This document shows, in pieces, positions 45,952-55,518 of a DNA stretch of 64,000 nucleotides (position 1 is its first letter; each line of letters begins with the position of its first letter). The notes beneath the pieces are model-generated. The model was not told the DNA's origin. It ran no database searches and saw nothing but the letters and a program-made list of their open reading frames with translations. Source of the DNA: a virus. A program made the position numbers and the translations under genes. The DNA lies in the IMG/VR virus record IMGVR_UViG_3300045988_138952, positions 1 to 64,000 of that record. One strand, written 5' to 3'.

Positions 45952-47559
45952 TCAATCTTCATTCAAAAAATCATCGTCCGAGTACTCCCAACCTTCAAAC
46001 AGATTGGTCTTCGCCTCTTCCGCAATATTGGGAACGTGCCTCATGAAGTTATTTACAATATCCTCGTTGCCACACCACAGCGTATAGACATTGCTGTATC
46101 CCTTATCTGCACGTTTTTCCCGTACGTATCCGAGTGAAAGCATGTCAATGCCCAACTTCCTTTGCGAAACCGGGATGACACCGTTCTTTTTACAGAACCG
46201 TTCATAGTTCTTGTATATATCCGAGGATGTCAGCTCTATGGAACCGCTTCCTTCAAATTCTTCCGGTTGGCACTCTTTGTATTTGAAATATTCCGAAATG
46301 CTCCCGTCCACGAGTTTTCCATCCTTTCCCGTAACACTCGACCGTATCCGCTCCAGTTTCAAATCAATCTTCCCGCCCAAGTTCTCAGGCATCCGCCAAT
46401 TGTTCTTTTTAAGTTCGCACAGCCCTTTCACAATCCAAGCCATTATACCGGCATGTTCCGCTTTCATTCTTTCTGCAAGCATGGTGTCTCTCTTTTCCAC
46501 CGGTATTGTCTTGTCAAAGTTCAGCACCAGGGCGCGGCGCTGCATACTCTCGTCGTCAGGGTCGTCACGGTTCAGGAAATCTTTCGGCTGCCAGCGGTAG
46601 TTGGAATTACACAGCATAATAGGAGGTCTCTGCATCATTGTGATATTTCCACCTATTCCCCGACAGGCAATCGGCTCTCCACTGGATATTGCCTTGATGA
46701 TGCTCATGTCCTTGAAATCACCACGGTTGCTTTCCGTGCAGTACATAAGCCTTTTCCTTGACATAGAGTAGGCGGCGCGTAACTGCTCATCCCCACCTCT
46801 TGCAAACTGGCTCATCTTTATGTTTAGTATTTCATCCTCTCCAAACATATCCTTTAGAACCCGGTAAATAACACTTTTACCGTTCGCACCAGTACCTTGC
46901 AATATAAGGAAATATTCAAAGCTTATATTTTTCCTATTGACAAGGCAAGCACCGAGGAACATCTGCAATATCCTGCGCTTGTGCTTTTCCGGCAATACGC
47001 CGTCCAACTCTTCCGTAGGTATCCAGCTTTCTCCAAGAAAGCTTCTCCAGGTAGGACAATTAAAAATCTCCTTGCGGTCATACTTAAACGGATACATCTT
47101 CACGCAGTCAAACTTCGGAGAGTGCGGGTAAGTCTTTAAAGTATTCATGTCAACCACGCAATTAGTAAAGCACATAATGCTAAGGTCGGGTTGCAGCTCA
47201 TGGTCTCTAATGACATTGATTATCCGGTTCATGTAAGAATACATAATCTTATTAGTGCGGTCACGGGCGGCAACACCCATTTTCTCAAGCCACCTGTCTA
47301 CGGCATCATAGAGCACATTGTAGTCCATGTACTCGTATATCTTTCCTGTAAAAACATACAGCGGAACACGGTAATCGGCAATGTCTTTCGTTACAACACC
47401 ATACCCCTCCCGGAACAATCCTTCAAGACGCCTGCCGTATCTGTCTGTACGTTCCGGATTGCTTGTAACCAAAGATATATCCCTGAATGTAGAGGCGTAT
47501 TCGTCGCAATGTTGCGACAGCAGACCGAGCACATAATCCTTTAATTCCCTTCTATTCAT
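45952..47559 (-). CDS. P4/D5-family primase-helicase (NTPase)
   Basis: Walker A GTGANGKS in the context LILQGTGANGKSVIYRVL, typical of phage/plasmid primase P4-family C-terminal domains. Confidence 0.8.
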   Translation of the reverse strand: MNRRELKDYVLGLLSQHCDEYASTFRDISLVTSNPERTDRYGRRLEGLFREGYGVVTKDIADYRVPLYVFTGKIYEYMDYNVLYDAVDRWLEKMGVAARDRTNKIMYSYMNRIINVIRDHELQPDLSIMCFTNCVVDMNTLKTYPHSPKFDCVKMYPFKYDRKEIFNCPTWRSFLGESWIPTEELDGVLPEKHKRRILQMFLGACLVNRKNISFEYFLILQGTGANGKSVIYRVLKDMFGEDEILNIKMSQFARGGDEQLRAAYSMSRKRLMYCTESNRGDFKDMSIIKAISSGEPIACRGIGGNITMMQRPPIMLCNSNYRWQPKDFLNRDDPDDESMQRRALVLNFDKTIPVEKRDTMLAERMKAEHAGIMAWIVKGLCELKKNNWRMPENLGGKIDLKLERIRSSVTGKDGKLVDGSISEYFKYKECQPEEFEGSGSIELTSSDIYKNYERFCKKNGVIPVSQRKLGIDMLSLGYVREKRADKGYSNVYTLWCGNEDIVNNFMRHVPNIAEEAKTNLFEGWEYSDDDFLNED

Positions 47560-48112
47560 TGTAAGTCGCTCATTTTGTGTTTAAAAGAACATAACGCATG
47601 CTCCTATAGGCGCATTTTATGAAAATAACCTTTTTTCTTTTATCTGTAAAGGCTAAATACATATATCTATGTTCTTTATCTTCATTATGCAAATATACAA
47701 CTATCTGATTATAAAACAAGTAAATTTTCTAATTAATATGCGTTAAAACATAGAAAATTACCCAATAATCATCCATATAGTGCAAAAATGTAAAAATACA
47801 ATGGTTGACTTGTTGTAAAATATCATTACAAATTGGTAGAAAATGGAGAAAATAAAAAATTTTTAGGCGAGGTGACTACGCCGATTTCCTTACAAAAATA
47901 AAGGGGTGGGGGGTGGCTCTTTGCAGGGTGTTTGCAATGTATTTTGTTGTATAATAGCGGTTTGCGGTTTACATTATACATATAATATAAAGTTTGTGTT
48001 TGTTTACATTGTTGTCGCTCGTCAGTCCTGGACATAAAGTAAAGGCTATCACGGCGCAGCCAAAGACACCCAATCCGGTAAATAAATAAAATCAATATCA
48101 CATGTATGTATT

Positions 48113-48283
48113 ATAGATAATATCTATTAATCATTGTGCTTTGTTAGCGTCCTATGCTTATTCGTGTTGTCTATATATATATCTTGTAATATAGATTAAA
48201 TCTATTACGGCAGACACTCCGTCAAGAACCTGCATATATTTATATTATCTATATGTTTTATTGTTAATATAGATTATTTCTAT
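48113..48283. repeat. three palindromic sites ATAGAT-N3-(A/T)TCTAT at exact 78-bp spacing
   Basis: Sites begin at 48113, 48191 and 48269, in a 1.2 kb AT-rich non-coding region next to the primase gene. Confidence 0.6.
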
Positions 48284-48782
48284 TGTATTTAAAGTGTTTA
48301 TTATGTTTGTTGTGGTATTATATATTTACATATTCTTATGGCTGTGTTTTATGTTGTAAGTGTTTTATATATAGTGTATTATGTTGTATCTGTTGTATGT
48401 TTTATAATATGATTATTTTATGAAAATATTTTGCAATATTCTTTGCTGTTTACAAAATAATTCGTACATTTGTAATGTAAGAAAGAGATAGATATAAGGT
48501 CCTGGTTCTTACAGGCGTGTTATTAAGTGTTGGAATAAAAAAGAGAGCCTTAACACTGCAATGTTAAGACCCTCGTAGGTTGGGAATACTTAAAGAAGTA
48601 CCCCCCCAAGCGGAGGCAAAAGTACTTCTTTAATTTCTCACCTGCAAATATTCTTCCATTTATTTACATACTTGATACAAATACGTTTTAGTCTTATTGT
48701 GTTAGGCTTCTGGTATCGTGTTGTATTGGTTTACGTGTACGCGCTATAATGTTGAATCATTAACAATTTAAACTATAGCATT

Positions 48783-50015
48783 ATGAAAGCAATGAATTTC
48801 TACACCGCAAACGGTTGGGCTGGTTCGAACTATGACAGTAATTTAAGTACAAAGGAAATCGCCGCAAAGGTCAGGGCTTTTGCAAAGAAGAATTTCCCGG
48901 ACTTTAAATTCTCTGTACGTTCTGAATGGAGTATGTACACGGATTCAATGTATGTTGAGCTGAAAGAAGGCACTTGCATTCCTTTCGTTGAAGGTTCAAG
49001 AAGTGCAGAACGTGGCTATATGTCCACGATGAACACCGTAAAGGGATGGGAAGATGAGTTAACGCCGGAAATGTTCAAAGTGTTGGACGCTGTTACGACT
49101 TACGCAAGTTCTTTCCGTTACGATGATAGCGACGGTATGCAGGATTATTACGACACTAATTTTTATTTAAAGATAAAAGTGAGTGATGAATATAAGGTTG
49201 TAGAACCGAAAGCAAAGAAAAGCAGCGTTAAGACTGAAAAGGTTGAGGAAGCCAAAGAAGTGGAAGCCGTGACGGTTGAAGGTCTGGAAATCGTGGACTA
49301 TTCAGAAAAGGCGGTTGCTGTGTTTGGCGATACGAAGGCTATAAAAGAGCACTTAAAGGAACTGGGCGGACGCTTTAACCCTTCTTTAAATTATAACGGA
49401 GAAAAGCGTGCCGGCTGGATATTCAGCAAGAAACAAGCGGACAAGGTGAAAGAACTGATAACGCCTACAGGGTTGCCGGCGCTTCCTGAAGAAATATATA
49501 TCCCGGAACTTGCGGAGGAAACGGGACCATTTGAAAATATCCATTTAATCGAAACGGACAACTTTAACGGCGTGCGCTATTATGATATTGAAGGCGCGGG
49601 AATCATAACCAGCGCGAAAGTACGTGCAGATATACAGCCGGGCGATGTTTTCAATGTATATACGGATGGAGAACGTAAGTTTCGCGTAACCTATGACGGT
49701 GTGAGCGTGAAAAGCAGCTTAAAAAAAGATTTACCCGGTATAATTGAGTTTAACGACAAGATAGAATCGGGCACGCTTAGCGCCTCATCACATTACACCC
49801 CGCTTGCGGAGGGTGTGGAATTTTACGAGAAGAAAGTAAAAGGAAAGCGTTACACCGTAAAGGATAAGCCGTTAACACCTGGATATTATGGCGTATTAGA
49901 TAATTTGGACAACTGTATAATAGAATGCTATCCGACTAAGGAAGAAGCCGCAAAAGGGGCGGAGATGCTTAACACACATATAGGCGAAAACGGACGGTTA
50001 AGAAGTATTATATAA
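48783..50015 (+). CDS. hypothetical protein (410 aa), possibly a polyvalent-protein-type domain
   Basis: Segment YSEKAVAVFGDTKAIKEHLKELGGRFN..GWIFSKKQADKV recalls a domain seen in conjugative/phage polyvalent proteins (memory only). Confidence 0.55.
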   Translation: MKAMNFYTANGWAGSNYDSNLSTKEIAAKVRAFAKKNFPDFKFSVRSEWSMYTDSMYVELKEGTCIPFVEGSRSAERGYMSTMNTVKGWEDELTPEMFKVLDAVTTYASSFRYDDSDGMQDYYDTNFYLKIKVSDEYKVVEPKAKKSSVKTEKVEEAKEVEAVTVEGLEIVDYSEKAVAVFGDTKAIKEHLKELGGRFNPSLNYNGEKRAGWIFSKKQADKVKELITPTGLPALPEEIYIPELAEETGPFENIHLIETDNFNGVRYYDIEGAGIITSAKVRADIQPGDVFNVYTDGERKFRVTYDGVSVKSSLKKDLPGIIEFNDKIESGTLSASSHYTPLAEGVEFYEKKVKGKRYTVKDKPLTPGYYGVLDNLDNCIIECYPTKEEAAKGAEMLNTHIGENGRLRSII

Positions 50016-50034
50016 TTATATAGGAGGATATAAT

Positions 50035-50259
50035 ATGAAGGCTAACGATATTGTTATAAATGAACGCGAATTGCTTAATACAAAAATATATAATCCGGGA
50101 TTTGGTAGTATCAAAAGTATTCCGTGTACAATGGTGTTGCGGTTGATGGATACAGAGGAATACGGGTGCGACTATTGCGGGGCCTTGAATCTGGTTTTAG
50201 AACTGTTCCCAGAAATCGACCGGGCGGAGCTTGAAAAAGAGTTAGACCAGTTCGTATAA
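50035..50259 (+). CDS. hypothetical protein (74 aa)
   Basis: Track ORF with AGGAGG 8 nt upstream. Confidence 0.5.
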   Translation: MKANDIVINERELLNTKIYNPGFGSIKSIPCTMVLRLMDTEEYGCDYCGALNLVLELFPEIDRAELEKELDQFV

Positions 50260-50348
50260 ATGTATGTTCTTTGTTATGTTATTGTTATTCGGTGCCGTGT
50301 TGTTTATCAGCGGTACCGATATAGAGAGAATCAAGGAATTTATAAACG

Positions 50349-50621
50349 ATGAATCAGATAAATTTTAAGGATATGGATACTACAGTAATAAACGATACAA
50401 AACGGATTATTTCACAAATGAATACGGGCAACGAATGCGATTATATGGAGGCGGGATATTTGTATTACGGAATGGGGTTGTACGGGTATTCCAACGATGT
50501 GATAAAATCCGGGTGCGAATACACAAAAGGCAAAAATGATTTGTTTTCTCATCTGGTGCCTACAATTGAAAATGTATCGAAATTCATTGCTTACATACAT
50601 AAGGAGCTGGGAATACTATAA
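50349..50621 (+). CDS. hypothetical protein (90 aa)
   Basis: Track ORF. Confidence 0.5.
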   Translation: MNQINFKDMDTTVINDTKRIISQMNTGNECDYMEAGYLYYGMGLYGYSNDVIKSGCEYTKGKNDLFSHLVPTIENVSKFIAYIHKELGIL

Positions 50622-50728
50622 CTATAATTATTCCGGCGTGGAGGACAGCAAGCGGAGCGACACCGCCGCCGGGAACTATTTACTAACTTAAAAACATACA
50701 GGTATTAACGAATTAAAATAAAACAATC

Positions 50729-50995
50729 ATGCAAACAATCATCGTAACAGTAAACCAGCAGGGCGAAAAAACAGCCCTGCAAATAGATGACAAGGTAATA
50801 GCAACCATAGCAAAGGATAGTTTCAATAAAGGGCGTTATTGCGGCTCTTTCGGAGCTTTCGGTTGTTGCAATAACAGCCGTTACCCTGATGCTGTGGAAT
50901 TTATATCGGGGTGCATAGAAAATCACTTTGCCGGTTTTGGTTTGAATGTGATATTTGAATATAGCCAAAACGAATTTAATATAAGGAGGAAATAA
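50729..50995 (+). CDS. hypothetical protein (88 aa)
   Basis: Track ORF. Confidence 0.5.
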   Translation: MQTIIVTVNQQGEKTALQIDDKVIATIAKDSFNKGRYCGSFGAFGCCNNSRYPDAVEFISGCIENHFAGFGLNVIFEYSQNEFNIRRK

Positions 50996-50996
50996 T

Positions 50997-51137
50997 ATGT
51001 ATTTAGGTTTTATTCTTTGGGCAATTGTTCTGGTAGTAATACTATGGAACATCAACCCGGCGCTGGTTATTACGTCAGCTTTAATAGGAATCGCTATGGC
51101 GATAGGAAAAACAAAAGACAATAAATCAGGTGAATAA
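50997..51137 (+). CDS. 46-aa two-TM peptide
   Basis: Hand translation MYLGFILWAIVLVVILWNINPALVITSALIGIAMAIGKTKDNKSGE; AAGGAGG upstream. Confidence 0.4.
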   Translation: MYLGFILWAIVLVVILWNINPALVITSALIGIAMAIGKTKDNKSGE

Positions 51138-51138
51138 T

Positions 51139-51981
51139 ATGGAGACTTTAAAGGAAGTGTTTTTGAAGAAATACCCGCAATACGGAAAGGTGTTGCGGGT
51201 GTATGAAGAGGTTAACGAAGTGGAATGTACATTCGACAGCATAACAAAACCGAGGTTGTACAACTTTGTTCAGGCTCTTAATGAAAGGGTGGCCACCAAT
51301 AGCGCTAAAACCTATTGCGCTATGCTTAAATCAATTCTTAACCTGTACAGCGATATGTATTCTTTTCCAAAAGGTTTTGAGGCTATATTGACCTTAAAAA
51401 AGGACGCTACGCAAAGTACGTGGCTAACGGATGACGAGATAAAAACGTTATTGGCGTATAATCCTATTAATGAAACGGAGCGCACTGTAAAAAATTGCTT
51501 TTTGCTCGGTTGCCTTACAGGCGCCAGACATTCGGATTATATAGAATTTACAGAGGACAACATAGTAGACGGAAGGCTGATATATGTTTCACGGAAAACC
51601 AAGATTAAAGCGGAGATACCGGCGGCTCCTGCTGTGCTCCGGATATTGAAAGAAAACCGGGAATACGGCATCAATGAACGAAAGGTTTCGGATGTGACCT
51701 TTAATGACACGATAAGAAGCATATGCCGGCGATGTGGGATAAGCAAGCGTATAAAGCTGTACCAGGCGGGCGAATATATAACCGGTGAAAAGTGGGAATT
51801 TATTTCCTCGCATTCCGCCCGGAAGTCTTGCGCAACCAACTTATATTTAAGAGGTGCGGACTTGTATTCTATCAGCCGGATGTTAGGGCATTCCAGTGTA
51901 ACGATGACTGAAACGTATATATGCTGCGGGCTGCGTGAATTATCAGATAAAATAATGGGATATTTCAACGGGTTTAAATAA
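51139..51981 (+). CDS. tyrosine recombinase (short, Xer-like)
   Basis: ARHSDY, HSARKS and LGHSSVTMTETY catalytic R-H-R-Y signature. Confidence 0.8.
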   Translation: METLKEVFLKKYPQYGKVLRVYEEVNEVECTFDSITKPRLYNFVQALNERVATNSAKTYCAMLKSILNLYSDMYSFPKGFEAILTLKKDATQSTWLTDDEIKTLLAYNPINETERTVKNCFLLGCLTGARHSDYIEFTEDNIVDGRLIYVSRKTKIKAEIPAAPAVLRILKENREYGINERKVSDVTFNDTIRSICRRCGISKRIKLYQAGEYITGEKWEFISSHSARKSCATNLYLRGADLYSISRMLGHSSVTMTETYICCGLRELSDKIMGYFNGFK

Positions 51982-52058
51982 TATGCTTTAAAACATGCTG
52001 TATAAGATGAATTAAAGAAGGATAAACGGTATTTTTGCAAACAATTAAAAACAAGGTT

Positions 52059-52259
52059 ATGAAAACTTACGATGTATATTTCAATGACTCCAATGATTCT
52101 AATAACAAGGGTTTTAACGAATCATTCGAGTACTGCAAAAATTATATAGAAGCCTATAATGGTACCAATGAATCATATTTCGGGGATTATAAGGGAGGAA
52201 TCGTCTCAATCGTGTGTAATGAAACCGGAGAAGAGGTTTACTCAGAGGATATAAGATAG
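52059..52259 (+). CDS. hypothetical protein (66 aa)
   Basis: Internal ATG of track ORF. Confidence 0.4.
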   Translation: MKTYDVYFNDSNDSNNKGFNESFEYCKNYIEAYNGTNESYFGDYKGGIVSIVCNETGEEVYSEDIR

Positions 52260-52260
52260 A

Positions 52261-52500
52261 ATGGCACAAGAAAGTAAATACGCATACGACGAAGATAATG
52301 TAAAGGCTATTGTTCATTGGGCTTTAACGGCTCAATTACCTGCTCAAATAGAGTTGAGCGAGTCGGAGAATATATTGGATGTCAAGAAATACGTACAGGC
52401 GAATATACACGATATAAACCAGCATTTCCCCGACCCGTTTTATAACCCGTCAATTGACAGGCTGTACAGATTAAAAGAATTTATTGAAGGGCGAGAATGA
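52261..52500 (+). CDS. hypothetical protein (79 aa)
   Basis: Track ORF. Confidence 0.45.
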   Translation: MAQESKYAYDEDNVKAIVHWALTAQLPAQIELSESENILDVKKYVQANIHDINQHFPDPFYNPSIDRLYRLKEFIEGRE

Positions 52501-52506
52501 TTTTAT

Positions 52507-52557
52507 AACCCAGTGGGTTGTTGCGCTTGTTTTGGGTTGAATTTAACCCACTGGGTT
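52507..52557. terminator. perfect 13-bp inverted repeat between convergent genes
   Basis: AACCCAGTGGGTT (52507-52519) and AACCCACTGGGTT (52545-52557). Confidence 0.5.
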
Positions 52558-52564
52558 GTTTGGA

Positions 52565-53698
52565 TTATAACTTGCTGTCCATCTTTTCAAATTCTTCCTG
52601 CACGGACTTATTCAACACCTTCGCGTATATCTGGGTTGTCTTTATATCTGTATGTCCCATCATTTTGGCAAGGTTTTCGATTGATACGCCCATATTCAGA
52701 GCCATTACCGCAAAACTGTGTCTTGCCATGTGGGAATGAAGGCTTTGCTTTATTCTTGCAATTTCCTGAACGACTTTCAACCTTAAATTATATTGGTAAT
52801 TGCTTATTATCGGTAGCTTGAAGTCGTATTTTCTCAATATTTCCATTGCGGGCTTTAGGAGCATAAGAAAGTATTCTTCTTCTGTTTTTATTCTAATATC
52901 TCTAATAAAAAATTTGCTTCCTTTCTTGATTACTCCGCAGAAATCGAATTTGGATAAATCTGCATAAGACAGACCGGTGAAGCATTGGAAGACAAATAAG
53001 TCCCTAACCTTACTAATGCTTTCTGATGTTATTTCTAAGTTCTGTATTTGCTTTATTTGGTCCATGGTAAGGTATTTTATTCCTTCGCTTTTCCCACGGT
53101 CAAATTTGAGTCTATTATATGGGTTGTCTTTTAACAACTCATATTTAATAGCTTCGTTTATATATCTTTTCAAGCGTTTGTGATAGCCATGAACGGTTGT
53201 CTGTTTATTATATTTCTTATGTAGGAAATCATCATAATACATTATGTTGGCCGTTGTTATGTCGGAAAAATAAACGATTCTACCAAATTCTTCCAGAGAG
53301 TTTATTAATGTAGCATGGGTGTTTAAAGTTCCCTTTCTTAAATCTGTTCTTTCGCTTACCCGGCGCTTTATGAAGTCAAGAAAACTCTCTTTCTGCTGTG
53401 AATACTTTAGGAAATGCTCCAGCTTTTCAAAGTTAAAGGGTTCCTTGTTCTTTATAAGTGAGTTGATAAATTCGTTTATATTCTGTATCTGCGCATCGAG
53501 TCTTTCGTTCAGGTCTATGGACTGAACTGTATTCTTGACTTTGTTTTTTTCGCTCCATTGGTCGGAATATAGCCTAACGCCTGTACTAATCCATTTCCTT
53601 TTCCGTTCAAATAATATTTCTATCTGAACGGTTCCTTTTGTTGTCTTGCTTGCTGTGTGTTTCCGGTCAAACACAAATCTTACTGTTGGGTACTTCAT
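52565..53698 (-). CDS. int: site-specific integrase (tyrosine recombinase, Bacteroides phage/CTn type)
   Basis: 377 aa; HMARHSFAVMALNMG and MGHTDIKTTQIYAKV catalytic motifs; N-terminal arm-binding-like region. Confidence 0.9.
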   Translation of the reverse strand: MKYPTVRFVFDRKHTASKTTKGTVQIEILFERKRKWISTGVRLYSDQWSEKNKVKNTVQSIDLNERLDAQIQNINEFINSLIKNKEPFNFEKLEHFLKYSQQKESFLDFIKRRVSERTDLRKGTLNTHATLINSLEEFGRIVYFSDITTANIMYYDDFLHKKYNKQTTVHGYHKRLKRYINEAIKYELLKDNPYNRLKFDRGKSEGIKYLTMDQIKQIQNLEITSESISKVRDLFVFQCFTGLSYADLSKFDFCGVIKKGSKFFIRDIRIKTEEEYFLMLLKPAMEILRKYDFKLPIISNYQYNLRLKVVQEIARIKQSLHSHMARHSFAVMALNMGVSIENLAKMMGHTDIKTTQIYAKVLNKSVQEEFEKMDSKL

Positions 53699-53712
53699 AA
53701 TTTAAAAGATTT

Positions 53713-53964
53713 GGTATCACACAAGGGTATCACATTTGTTGCACATTTCATGAAATACAATGAAATATAGTGAACTAAAATGAAACAAATATAGAACCGC
53801 GTTTGTTCGTATAAATCATTGATAATTACATAATATGCTGATAATAAGAAAAAAGGGGTTACATTTCTGTAATCCCTTGCTGTGATTCGCTTGGGATTGT
53901 GTTATAAAACTTATTTATTTGATTATCACATTGTTATATAGGTTTATTACTGCATGGTATCACA
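53713..53964. repeat. GGTATCACA direct repeats (candidate integrase arm-type or regulator sites)
   Basis: Exact copies at 53713, 53726 and 53956, plus ATTATCACA at 53922; region immediately upstream of int. Confidence 0.4.
53859..53886 (-). terminator. intrinsic terminator (minus strand)
   Basis: GGGATTACA-gaaa-TGTAACCCC followed by T6 on the minus strand. Confidence 0.6.
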
Positions 53965-54277
53965 ATAGTATCTTTTTTATTTTGCTAATCTGTTCTTCGT
54001 ATTTCCAGGTATCATCTATCATATTGCCTTTCCCAGAACATAGCCACTTAACATTAAGCATAGGGAATGCTTCGGAAATCCGGGATATTATATCACTTCC
54101 TATCGTTCCTCTGCCTTTTCCACTTTTATCCGAATTACTGATATATCCATTTCCTATATTACAGTATACTTCAAAGGAGCTATATCCTTTTACAATTTTC
54201 AGTTCATACCTTGCATAGTGAGCAAATGTCTTTAGCCTGTCTATCGCCCTTTCGTTTTGTTCTGTATTTTTTTTCAT
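53960..54277 (-). CDS. CI-type HTH protein (single domain)
   Basis: ISRISEAFPMLNVKWLCSGKGNM, the same W-L-x-x-G-x-G ending as the repressor domains. Confidence 0.55.
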   Translation of the reverse strand: MKKNTEQNERAIDRLKTFAHYARYELKIVKGYSSFEVYCNIGNGYISNSDKSGKGRGTIGSDIISRISEAFPMLNVKWLCSGKGNMIDDTWKYEEQISKIKKILL

Positions 54278-54403
54278 TAAATATTTAGTAATAATTTTAT
54301 TTCACAAAAACATGCTTAATAACATATTAATATTCAAAACATTTATTGAACAATGATGTTATATGTTATACAAACTATCATTTTTAATAAACAAAGTAAT
54401 ATC

Positions 54404-54613
54404 ATGGAAGAAGTTAACCTTTCTGCGCCCTGTATGATGAAGCAAATTAAAATTCTTACGCAACAATTACTACGACTATCCGAGGACCTTGAATTGGCCC
54501 ACGAAAGAATTTCCGTATTGGAAAAAGACTTTGAAACGCATAAATCTGAACTGCACCATAAACATCCGGTTTATAAAATGAATATATTACATTCAAAAGT
54601 TACCGGATTTTAA
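54404..54613 (+). CDS. small coiled-coil protein
   Basis: Internal ATG of track ORF; divergent from 53960-54277. Confidence 0.4.
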   Translation: MEEVNLSAPCMMKQIKILTQQLLRLSEDLELAHERISVLEKDFETHKSELHHKHPVYKMNILHSKVTGF

Positions 54614-54652
54614 GAATAAGCAAGAACCGCCCCTACAAAATAGGGGTTGTTC

Positions 54653-55363
54653 TTAAGCTGTCTTTTTTTCTTCCAATACATTTTTTACGTCTAAAAGCGC
54701 TTGTTCAAGTTCGTCTCTTGCTTTCGCAATAGTCTGTTCAAGCTCGTTAAACTGTTTTTTCAGTTTACCAAAAAGCCTTTCGTATCTTGAAACGGTTGTT
54801 TCATACAGCCTTGACAGCTCATCGCAAGAGAGAGACACGGAATCTGTGTCCTGCTGACTCGAACCGCTATCTTCATCTTCTATGAACATAGGTCCTTTGC
54901 CGGTGAGGATGTAGTTGGCGTTGACTTGGGGGTATGCTTCGCAAAGCTGAGCTATTATATCACCAGATATAGCCTTAGTAACCCCTTTTTTGTAATGGGA
55001 TATTTTAGCTTGTGCATTTTTCACGCCACAATCTTTTTCAAGCAAATATGGACTAATCTTTAAGCACTCCATAACCTCTAAAAAGCGTTCACTTGCAGCC
55101 ACGATGATACTTTCACCAATATTTTCTTCGTTCTCATTTTTAGAAAAAGGTTGTCCTTCTCCTGTAATAAGCCACACCCGGCTATATTCAGGAAATACTG
55201 ATAATATTTTATCCGCATAATTAGCACTTATGGCTTTTATTTTCCCATCACGAATATCATACAATGGCTGTGCCCTCTTAATCCCCATCAACTGAGATAA
55301 CTTAGAAAGAGTCACTTTCTCATTATCAGTGATAAACTCTAATATTTCCCTACTGTTCATCAT
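54653..55363 (-). CDS. CI-like repressor with two HTH domains and C-terminal coiled coil
   Basis: LSQLMGIKRAQPLYDIRDGK..YSRVWLITGEG and LEKDCGVKNAQAKISHYKKG..NANYILTGKGPMF. Start moved to ATG 55363. Confidence 0.7.
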   Translation of the reverse strand: MMNSREILEFITDNEKVTLSKLSQLMGIKRAQPLYDIRDGKIKAISANYADKILSVFPEYSRVWLITGEGQPFSKNENEENIGESIIVAASERFLEVMECLKISPYLLEKDCGVKNAQAKISHYKKGVTKAISGDIIAQLCEAYPQVNANYILTGKGPMFIEDEDSGSSQQDTDSVSLSCDELSRLYETTVSRYERLFGKLKKQFNELEQTIAKARDELEQALLDVKNVLEEKKTA

Positions 55364-55369
55364 AATAAT

Positions 55370-55410
55370 ACTGTATTTATTTGGAGATACAGTAAAATAC
55401 TGTATCTTTG
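55370..55410 (+). promoter_or_regulatory. operator/promoter module O1: three TACTGTAT half-sites overlapping TATCTTTG
   Basis: TACTGTAT (55370), GATACAGTA-aaa-TACTGTATC (55386-55406), -7 box at 55403-55410. Confidence 0.6.
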
Positions 55411-55413
55411 CAC

Positions 55414-55518
55414 CCGTTGCAAGTAGAGAGGCAACAGACACATGATTAAACAATCGCCCTAACGTGGGCTTTTCTATATGGAAATCCGTTGCCTCTCTAC
55501 TTTAGCAACGGATTTTTT
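55414..55518 (+). terminator. attenuator: terminator hairpin plus upstream complementary (anti-terminator-like) segment
   Basis: Terminator AAATCCGTTGC..GCAACGGATTT + T6 (55482-55518). Segment 55414-55435, CCGTTGCAAGTAGAGAGGCAAC, is complementary to the terminator 5' arm and loop. Confidence 0.55.

Noticed and set aside
47891-47935. G-rich tract aaaggggtggggggtggctctttgcagggtg as a G-quadruplex regulatory element
   Set aside because: It is a single weak occurrence with uneven runs, and no supporting context or repetition.
50015-51000. AGGAGG Shine-Dalgarno-like motifs as a sign of foreign (non-Bacteroidales) origin of the 50-51 kb genes
   Set aside because: Similar purine-rich motifs also precede genes elsewhere in the window (for example before 5227, 43726 and 59246), so they do not single out this segment.
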